Source: an uncultured archaeon
Lineage (GTDB): Archaea; Asgardarchaeota; Lokiarchaeia; Sigyniarchaeales; SOKP01
DNA: 10,460 bases
Assembly: GCA_964525635.1 (NCBI GenBank)
Contig: CAZGJX010000125.1
Span: 1-10,460 of the forward strand
Direction: 5' to 3'
Shown: piece by piece, positions 1 through 6,835 of the stretch
Layout of the letters: each line of letters starts with the position of its first letter
How positions within the stretch are numbered: position 1 is the stretch's first letter
Notes under the pieces: model-generated
Databases searched by the model: none
The model's input: the letters and a program-made list of their open reading frames with translations, nothing else
Told to the model about the DNA's origin: nothing
Position numbers and translations under genes: made by a program

Positions 1-80
1 GTTTTGGAAGTATAAAAAAAAAGTGATTGCTTAACTTAATGACATTGCTGTAAAGAGATGTGATTTTTCGCAATTTTAGT

Positions 81-94
81 GGTAAATTTAAGAA
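81..94 (+). promoter_or_regulatory. Putative archaeal BRE/TATA promoter of the parvulin gene (leaderless)
   Basis: GGTAAA-TTTAAGAA lies about 23-36 nt upstream of ATG117, with no SD. The AT-rich background makes this weak evidence. Confidence 0.3.
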
Positions 95-116
95 TAATTT
101 AAGATTATATAGAAAC

Positions 117-470
117 ATGGGAAAAAATAAATATGGAAAACCTCCCCAAAAAGCTCAAGGAAATAAAGGTAGCGGAAAAGGGGGGGTATCAATAAAAGGT
201 GGGAAAATTAAAGCATCTCATATTTTAGTACCAAAATTAACTAAAGCACAAGAGATCTATGATACATTAAAATCAGGAGGAGATTTCAATAAACTTGCAC
301 AAGAGAATTCTGAATGTTCAAGTAAAAGAAAGGGGGGAAACTTGGGTGAATTTTCTAAAGGTGATATGGTTCAAGAATTTTGGAACGCATGTACTAAATT
401 AAAAATTGGTGAGATATCCCAACCAGTAAAATCAAAATTTGGATATCACATCATCAAGCGAACTGGTTAA
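117..470 (+). CDS. Parvulin-type peptidyl-prolyl cis-trans isomerase (single rotamase domain) with basic Lys/Gly-rich N-terminal extension, 117 aa
   Basis: Parvulin motifs KASHILV, FNKLAQENSECSSKRKGGNLGEF, DMVQEF and ISQPVKSKFGYHIIK. ATG at 117 is preferred over the GTG at 60 because 60-116 reads like AT-rich promoter sequence. Confidence 0.95.
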   Translation: MGKNKYGKPPQKAQGNKGSGKGGVSIKGGKIKASHILVPKLTKAQEIYDTLKSGGDFNKLAQENSECSSKRKGGNLGEFSKGDMVQEFWNACTKLKIGEISQPVKSKFGYHIIKRTG

Positions 471-512
471 ATAAAGTTAATTGAGTTTAAATATCACATC
501 TATCAGCTAAAT

Positions 513-2984
513 TTAAATTAAAACATTGGAATAAGAGTGATTTTTTTTTGTTCTACTTTTTTTCTTTTTTTTTGGTAATTCGATGACAAAAGTTGATCCT
601 TTTCCAAGTTCTGACTCCACCCAGATTTTTCCATCATGTTTTTCAACAATCTTCTTACATATTGCTAATCCAATCCCAGTTCCTTTGTATTCTTCATTAG
701 TATGTAATCTAAAGAATATTTGAAATATATTATTATAATTTTTTTTATCAATACCTATTCCATTATCTTTAACAGAAAAGATCCATTTGCTATTTTTCAT
801 TTCTGCACCAATATGGACTTGGGGTGTTTTTTGACCCCGGAATTTTATAGCATTATTAATTAAATTCTCAAATAATTGAATTAATAGTGTTTTACTTCCA
901 AAAATGGTTGGTAAGGGATCATGGGTAATACTTGCTTTAGCTTCATCTATTAAAACTTTCAAATCGGATAATACATGTGATAAAATAGATTCTAAATCTA
1001 TTTCAATAAATTCCATTTTACTTGTCGTTACTCTTGAGAAATTAAGAAGATCTGTAATCATTTTCTTCATTCTATTTGATCCTTCTATAGAAAAATCTAT
1101 CAATTCTATAGAATTAGAATCTAATTTATTAGTATTTGTTTCTTTTAACATTTCCAAAGAAGCCATTATAACCATTAATGGTTGTTTTAAATCATGTGCT
1201 ACAATAGATGCAAATTCTTCTAGTTCTTTATTAGAATAAGCTAATTTTTTTAGAAGTAACTCACGTTCTTGAATTAGTAATGTACCCTTTAAAGCAATGC
1301 CAATATTTCGAGACAAAATTTCTACTTCTGTAATATCCTCTGGTTGCTCAAATACAATAAAACCAAATATGTTTTCATCTCTAAAGAATAAAGTTTCAGC
1401 AATTAAACTATATTGTCTATTTTTTGGTAAATAGTCTTTAGGTACTAAATTTTTTGTTTTAAATCGTTTTCCACCTTTTTCTAAGTCGAGCTGAAAAAAA
1501 CCTTTCTCTGTATATGCAGATATCAACCTTGACCAAGTAGTTGGCCCACTGTAATCCTCAAAAAGGGAGAAATAAAAACTTTTTATCCCAATTTTAGGAA
1601 GTTCATTATTAATTGATTCTGAAAGTTTTTTAATACTATAGGTACTCATTAATACTTGTCTTATGGTGTTAATCATAAGGAGATTTTCTTTATCTTCTTC
1701 TCGTCTAATACTTTCTCTTTGAAATAAAATCTCTTCAAGTAAATTACGAGCCCTGAGGATTAGATTTTCAATATGTGATACAACAGCATTATCAAAATAA
1801 AAAAAAGGAATGATGGAATCATATAATTTTGAAAAAATTTGATGCCAATAGGATATCCTTCGATTCTTAATCATCTCTTTTCTAAGTATGCCATCTAAAA
1901 CACTTATAAATAATAAATAATTGCTTTCTTTTATTCCTAAAATAAAAGATTCCAGAATTTTTTTTAAAACAGAACTATCTATATTAACATCATGGTTTTT
2001 AGCAATTTGGAATAATTCTGAAAGAATCTCTTGTTCTATTTCCTTTATTGATGTATATGGAGAAGGATATTTTTGAGGATTTTTTACTTGAGTTATTTGA
2101 GAGAATCTCTCTGGAAAACATCCACAGGATCTCCGATATATTGCCTCTGTAGGTAATCTTATTTCATCTGCAATATCTTTTTCTTCAATCATATCGAGTA
2201 TCATTTCTAATGCTTTTTTTCCTTGTTCGTATAAAGGTTGCTTGACAGTAGTAAGAGGAGGATTGCATAGAGTACTCCTAGATACATCATCAAAACCAAC
2301 AATGGCAATATCATTTGGTACAAAAAGATTTCTTCGTTGAAGTGCCTTTAATGCTCCAAAAGCCATATCATCATTAGATGAAACGATAGCATCAAATTTT
2401 ACTTTATGCTGATCTAATAATATATCAATTGCTTTTATCCCACTTATTTCAATAAAGTCACCGTTTACTACAAGCTCAGGGTCGTATTTGATATTAAATT
2501 CATCCAATACGGATAAATACGTTTCATACCGTGCATTTGCTTCAGGATGATCAACAGGTCCCCGAATAAAGGCAATTCGTTTATAATTATGTTTAACAAT
2601 TAAATGAGAAATAACTTCTCGAAAACCAACTGAATTGTCAACTAAGATACTTGGAACTTCAGGTATTTTTATAGCTAGACTAACCATTGGTAGATTTTGA
2701 TACTTCTTCAAAAATTCGCATAACTCCACATAACCAATAAAATTACTTATAGGTCCTGAAAAGACAATTAATCCATCAATAAGATCTGAACTTACTAAAT
2801 CATAAACAATATTCATTTGGGAACTAGGAAAATAAGGAGATTTAAATGAAGTTCCCGTAAAATAAATAATATTAACATCTCTTTTTTTAGCTTCAGTAGA
2901 AATTCCTGGCCAAACTTGAATTTGATATGTTTCTTCCATCCTACCTATTAATACACCTATTGTTCTCCGAACTTTATTCTTCAG
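513..2984 (-). CDS. Cytoplasmic sensor histidine kinase: LacI/GalR-type sugar-binding domain, helical/GAF-like linker, HisKA and HATPase_c (823 aa from CTG2984; ORF track starts at ATG2939)
   Basis: The N-half has LacI effector-domain motifs (VSLA..IPEVPSILVDN, KRIAFIRGP, DAIVSSNDDMAFGALKAL, VPNDIAIVGFDD, PPLTTVKQP, RRSCGC) and no HTH. The C-half has H-box FASIVAHDLKQPL, N-box QLFENLINNAIKF, G1 VKDNGIGI, F-box IFQIFFR and G2 GTGIGLAICKKIVEKH. No TM segment is evident. Confidence 0.93.
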   Translation of the reverse strand: MKNKVRRTIGVLIGRMEETYQIQVWPGISTEAKKRDVNIIYFTGTSFKSPYFPSSQMNIVYDLVSSDLIDGLIVFSGPISNFIGYVELCEFLKKYQNLPMVSLAIKIPEVPSILVDNSVGFREVISHLIVKHNYKRIAFIRGPVDHPEANARYETYLSVLDEFNIKYDPELVVNGDFIEISGIKAIDILLDQHKVKFDAIVSSNDDMAFGALKALQRRNLFVPNDIAIVGFDDVSRSTLCNPPLTTVKQPLYEQGKKALEMILDMIEEKDIADEIRLPTEAIYRRSCGCFPERFSQITQVKNPQKYPSPYTSIKEIEQEILSELFQIAKNHDVNIDSSVLKKILESFILGIKESNYLLFISVLDGILRKEMIKNRRISYWHQIFSKLYDSIIPFFYFDNAVVSHIENLILRARNLLEEILFQRESIRREEDKENLLMINTIRQVLMSTYSIKKLSESINNELPKIGIKSFYFSLFEDYSGPTTWSRLISAYTEKGFFQLDLEKGGKRFKTKNLVPKDYLPKNRQYSLIAETLFFRDENIFGFIVFEQPEDITEVEILSRNIGIALKGTLLIQERELLLKKLAYSNKELEEFASIVAHDLKQPLMVIMASLEMLKETNTNKLDSNSIELIDFSIEGSNRMKKMITDLLNFSRVTTSKMEFIEIDLESILSHVLSDLKVLIDEAKASITHDPLPTIFGSKTLLIQLFENLINNAIKFRGQKTPQVHIGAEMKNSKWIFSVKDNGIGIDKKNYNNIFQIFFRLHTNEEYKGTGIGLAICKKIVEKHDGKIWVESELGKGSTFVIELPKKKKKSRTKKNHSYSNVLI

Positions 2985-2991
2985 TTATTAT

Positions 2992-2998
2992 TCCCTTT
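2992..2998 (-). promoter_or_regulatory. Possible ribosome-binding site for the CTG-initiated kinase
   Basis: The minus strand reads AAAGGGA-ATAATAA-CTG, a purine-rich GGG element at SD spacing in an otherwise G-poor intergenic region. Confidence 0.45.
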
Positions 2999-3342
2999 AG
3001 ATTTTTATTTTTTATATCTAATAATTGAATAATTTTCAGATATATGTAAATTTTACTTTTAAATTTTAATAATATTTTGATAAATATCTGGAAAATAATG
3101 CTTATAATATTTAAATTTAAGACAATATCTTTATTTATTATATAGTTATTATAATAATTCTATTTTTATCTATAAATTCCCATTATTTTATTAGTTTTTA
3201 ATTTATCTCTCTTATTTGATAGAAAATTCTTATAGTATGATATTTTTTAGTGTTTATCCAACTCAATCAAAAGAATCATTATAAAATTCTCATTCATCAA
3301 ATAAAAAAAAATAAAATGTAGTTAAAATTAGAGAAAGAGAAT

Positions 3343-4122
3343 TTAATCTCTGAAACCGAAATAGAAATTTGTTAACAATAATAATGATTCGCGTATTGGA
3401 ATAGTTATATCGAAAATCAATAGCCTAGGATCTAAATCAAATTGGAAAAGGAATAGAGCGGATATCACTGATCCAAGCATAAATAACGAAAGTATACTAC
3501 GTCCTGTTTTTTGAAACCATGTATGTTTTTGATTCATTAAATTTTCAACGATTTCAATATCAGAGAGATTTTGATAATCTTTCATATTTCGGATTTTTTC
3601 TTTGGTATGTAAATTCTGTTGATAATTCTTAATTCCCCTTATGATTAATCCAATAACAAATAGGGCCATGATAATTAAAATATCAATTAGTGTATTTTTA
3701 GATTCGAAAGAAATTTTTGGTCCAAATTCGTTTATGGTTATTGTTAATATTAAAATAGATAATAATAGAATTCTTACTGAATATTTAGGTAAATAAAGAG
3801 GATATTTCGCTTTTTTTTCACTTATAATTAATTCATCTGATCCTTTTATTTCTTTTATAATTCTACCCAATTTTTCCTTCTCGGTCTTTCTTGCTTCATA
3901 ATAAAATGCTATTAAAATAAAGATTATATTCAGAATTAATCCAGGTATATCTTGTTCAAAAATTAAATATGTGAAGGGAAAAGATACAATTAATATGGTT
4001 ATCAATGCTCTCACAGTTCCACGAGGTAATCCAAGAGGTTGGTCCTCAATTTTACCGTCTTTACCAAATCTATTTATCATAATCCATATTACAAAAATTC
4101 CACCTAAGATCCAATTTATCAT
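3343..4122 (-). CDS. Hypothetical integral membrane protein (~7 TM) with repeated PLxLPxx(T/S)VR-helix-helix-FY(Y/F)xxR hairpins
   Basis: Long ORF with seven hydrophobic stretches. Motifs are PLGLPRGTVR, PLYLPKYSVR, AFYYEAR and NFYFGFR. Start is ATG4122 or GTG4131. Confidence 0.85.
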   Translation of the reverse strand: MINWILGGIFVIWIMINRFGKDGKIEDQPLGLPRGTVRALITILIVSFPFTYLIFEQDIPGLILNIIFILIAFYYEARKTEKEKLGRIIKEIKGSDELIISEKKAKYPLYLPKYSVRILLLSILILTITINEFGPKISFESKNTLIDILIIMALFVIGLIIRGIKNYQQNLHTKEKIRNMKDYQNLSDIEIVENLMNQKHTWFQKTGRSILSLFMLGSVISALFLFQFDLDPRLLIFDITIPIRESLLLLTNFYFGFRD

Positions 4123-4173
4123 AATTAACACTTATTTTTTTTTTAAGAGTTTATTTTATTATATTAAGATTTG

Positions 4174-4185
4174 ATTTATATAAAT
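4174..4185 (-). promoter_or_regulatory. Putative TATA box upstream of the membrane-protein gene
   Basis: The palindrome ATTTATATAAAT contains the archaeal consensus TTTATATA, about 45-60 nt upstream of the start codon. Confidence 0.35.
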
Positions 4186-4247
4186 TATATAGTTTCTCTA
4201 TGTATTAAGGAACAAAAAATAATAAATTAAAAAAGGTTATAGGGAAA

Positions 4248-4655
4248 TTATTTTTGTTTTGTACCACAGATATGACAAAATTGTGCATCTTCAGGTATTG
4301 TTTCACCACAATATGTACAATAGTTTGGTGTGTCACCTATTTGAGAGATATCAGAAACAATTTCAACATTTTTCTTCTGTATAAAAGGTAAATTCGTAGG
4401 TAATTTAATCATAAACGCAGTTTTACCACAATCTGGGCAGTTTATAGCTCCTTTTTTTCCCAATTTATGAGTTTTATTGGGACCTAAACCGGATACTTGT
4501 CCCATACATGATGCACACCATACTTTTTTACAATTATTACATACAAAAAATTGGTTTGTCCAATCTTCTGAGGGGAATTTTTTATCATTAGTGTATCTTC
4601 CGCATAATATACAAAAATTCTCAGAAGGAATTCTTTCTTTTTTTTTACGCCACAT
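4248..4655 (-). CDS. Multi-zinc-finger protein: C8 finger (C-x2-C-x20-C-x2-C-x4-C-x2-C-x22-C-x2-C) plus C-terminal zinc ribbon, ~135 aa
   Basis: Six CxxC pairs: CILC, CNNC, CASC, CPDC, CTYC and CHIC. The C-terminal YCTYCGETIPEDAQFCHICG is a typical zinc_ribbon_2/DZR motif. Start is ATG4655 (or 4667); the extension to TTG4778 is low-complexity K/I/N sequence. Confidence 0.9.
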   Translation of the reverse strand: MWRKKKERIPSENFCILCGRYTNDKKFPSEDWTNQFFVCNNCKKVWCASCMGQVSGLGPNKTHKLGKKGAINCPDCGKTAFMIKLPTNLPFIQKKNVEIVSDISQIGDTPNYCTYCGETIPEDAQFCHICGTKQK

Positions 4656-4920
4656 ATCAATAATCATTCCATATGAAAATAAATTATATTGAACAATTTT
4701 TTTTACTTTTTTTATTTTATTAATTTCTATATTTTTTTTATTAAAATAAATAATTCGATTGGTCAAGTTTTTCTTCAATTCAAATAGAAAATAATAATTT
4801 TAACGAACCAATAATATACTTCATAAAAAACAAATAGATTTATTAGTTCCATCTCCTAAATATATAAATAAAATTTAGTTAAAAATCATCTTATCATAAA
4901 TTGCATTTTATAGATTTGAA

Positions 4921-4940
4921 AAATAAAACATTTAAATATA
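4921..4940 (+). promoter_or_regulatory. Candidate BRE/TATA for glycosyltransferase copy 1 (paralogous site at 6726-6745)
   Basis: AAATAAAACA-TTTAAATA occurs here and AAATAAAACA-TTTATACA before copy 2. ATAAGG precedes both ATGs. Confidence 0.3.
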
Positions 4941-5027
4941 ACTATATTAATAATTCTAAACAAAAATCATTCTGATTGTAAATTAAATATATTGATTTCA
5001 TAAATTACTATGAGATAAGGGTTTGAA

Positions 5028-6518
5028 ATGTCTAAATTAAATAAAAACTCAGAAGAAAGAATAAATAGATCTTATAGTAGTACTTTAGGTTTTTTTTTTT
5101 CTAAACTAAAGGGATATCTTATTGAAAGAAAATCTTTAATATTTATATTTCTAATAGGATTCATTATTAAAATCTTGATATATATATTTGCACTTTATCA
5201 GGATGAAAGTAAACTTTATTTTCAAGACATTCAAGATTTTTATAGTTTTAAGAATCTTGAAGGTTATCCAGATTTTTATGAATATTCTATGGATTTTGTT
5301 AATAATCTATATTCAGGAAAACACCCTTACACATCTGAGTTTGGTTTACTTTATCCACCCTTATTTCTTTATATAATTTCTATGTTCAGTTTTTTTGGCC
5401 AATCAAGTTTAAGTGTAAGTTTACCTCTTCTATTATGTGATATTCTTACAGCAATAGTTGTTTGGGAAATTGTCTATAAAGTTTGGAAAAATAAACTTGC
5501 GGCTTCAATTTCTTGCCTTCTATATATGGCAAATCCTCTTTGTTTATTTTATACGGACTATATATGGTTGAACACATCAGTGTTCACTTTCTTTTTAATG
5601 ATTTCAGTATATTTTCTTATTGATGATCGCTATTATTATTCAATGTTCTTTTTAGCTCTTTCTGTAATGAGTAAACAATTTGCGATAGTTTTTCTCCCAA
5701 TTATAATCATTAAATATATAAAAAAGCTCCCAAAACATAAAAGTAATTGTATTCAAATTAAAATTAGTGAGGTTACGGTTCAAGAAAGGAAGAAAATTTC
5801 TGGAGGAATATACGATCTCTTTAAAGGTTTATTCATAATGTTTCTTTGTTTTACTATACCTATTTTTATATTATCTCTTCCATATATATTACCTACTTAT
5901 CCAGAATGGCCAAGTTATATTGATTATATTTTAAATACGGGTTTACCACCTGATGCAATACCCCCCAGTATAGGTTTCCCTGTTGATTTTACGGTATCTT
6001 TTTATCAAATAGGAGAAGATTTAGGAACTAATAGTACTTATTTAATTACACGTGTTAATTTTTTAGTAGAATATTACATCTTATTAGGTTCAAGCTGTAT
6101 AATTACATATTTGTGTTATGCATTATTTACTGAAGACAATGATGATTTAGATAAAAATACTCTAGTGATAAGTCTTATTCTATTTATTTCAATGACAATA
6201 TTCTTCCCTCGGGGTATGTATAAATATTATTGTGTTTTGTTTATCCCGATCATGAGTATTTTAACTATGAATAATTTAAAAAAATCAGGTTGGATTTGGT
6301 GGAAAACTCAACCCAAAGAAATAATTTTAGATATAATTTCAGTTGCGTCTATGATCTTTTGGTCAATAAGTATAATGTCTATCCATCGACATTATACACC
6401 ACTTCTTCTTATTGTGATTATAGTATATTATTATTATTATGGATATTCTTTTTCTGAAAAAATGGAAGAAAAAGAAGAAGTAGTAAAACCACATAAAACT
6501 AAAGAAGAATCCCTTTAA
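5028..6518 (+). CDS. GT-C fold polytopic glycosyltransferase (PIG-M/PIG-U/GT87-like, lipid-phosphate-sugar dependent), copy 1, 496 aa
   Basis: About 11-12 TM. First external loop has xDF...GKHPY...YPPL, followed by CDILTA, LYMANPL and ALSVMSKQFAIVFLP. Order and spacing match PIG-M/GT87 motifs (D..G.SPY..Y.PL, D...A, NP, K). Confidence 0.85.
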   Translation: MSKLNKNSEERINRSYSSTLGFFFSKLKGYLIERKSLIFIFLIGFIIKILIYIFALYQDESKLYFQDIQDFYSFKNLEGYPDFYEYSMDFVNNLYSGKHPYTSEFGLLYPPLFLYIISMFSFFGQSSLSVSLPLLLCDILTAIVVWEIVYKVWKNKLAASISCLLYMANPLCLFYTDYIWLNTSVFTFFLMISVYFLIDDRYYYSMFFLALSVMSKQFAIVFLPIIIIKYIKKLPKHKSNCIQIKISEVTVQERKKISGGIYDLFKGLFIMFLCFTIPIFILSLPYILPTYPEWPSYIDYILNTGLPPDAIPPSIGFPVDFTVSFYQIGEDLGTNSTYLITRVNFLVEYYILLGSSCIITYLCYALFTEDNDDLDKNTLVISLILFISMTIFFPRGMYKYYCVLFIPIMSILTMNNLKKSGWIWWKTQPKEIILDIISVASMIFWSISIMSIHRHYTPLLLIVIIVYYYYYGYSFSEKMEEKEEVVKPHKTKEESL

Positions 6519-6520
6519 AT

Positions 6521-6540
6521 TATTTTTCTCTTATTTTTAT
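6521..6540 (+). terminator. Putative archaeal oligo-T terminator after GT copy 1 (paralogous tract 8341-8354)
   Basis: A pyrimidine/T-rich tract without a hairpin follows both stop codons directly. Confidence 0.3.
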
Positions 6541-6545
6541 ATATA

Positions 6546-6600
6546 ACTTGCCCCATACAAGGTTTATACATATTTTTTTACAATTATTATATAAAAAAAT
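6546..6600 (-). pseudogene. 55-bp decayed, frameshifted fragment of the zinc-finger gene (copy of 4495-4551)
   Basis: acttgccccatacaaggtttatac-atatttttttacaattattatataaaaaaa aligns to acttgtcccatacatgatgcacaccatacttttttacaattattacatacaaaaaa at about 45/56. It still encodes NNCKK and CMGQV in different frames. Confidence 0.8.
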
Positions 6601-6835
6601 AATGTTATAAACAATTAAAAATATACTTCATAAAAATCAGATAGATTTATTGGTGCTATCTCCTAAATATATAAATATAATAGTTAAAACTCATTTAATT
6701 ATAAATTACTTTTTTTTGAATTGATAAATAAAACATTTATACATCGCTATATTAATATTTTTTAACAGAAATCGTTCTGATATTGTAAATTAAATATAAT
6801 TGATTTTTTAAATTACTATAAAATAAGGATTAGAA

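Noticed and set aside
60-116. GTG-started N-terminal extension of the parvulin
   Set aside because: AT-rich and promoter-like; ATG117 gives a coherent protein.
904-1239. 111-aa + strand ORF
   Set aside because: Antisense shadow of the HisKA region with no recognisable motifs.
3001-3342. 340-bp extremely AT-rich intergenic region as ncRNA, origin or CRISPR array
   Set aside because: No regular repeats, GC-rich stems or recognisable boxes were visible by eye.
3971-4174. 67-aa + strand ORF
   Set aside because: Antisense to the membrane-protein gene.
4477-4692. 71-aa + strand His-rich ORF
   Set aside because: Antisense to the zinc-finger gene; its composition mirrors the opposite-strand codons.
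4668-4778. TTG-started extension of the zinc-finger ORF
   Set aside because: Low-complexity K/I/N sequence from A/T runs; likely intergenic.
5188-5376. 62-aa alternative-frame ORF within GT copy 1
   Set aside because: Nested out of frame in a real gene with no independent support.
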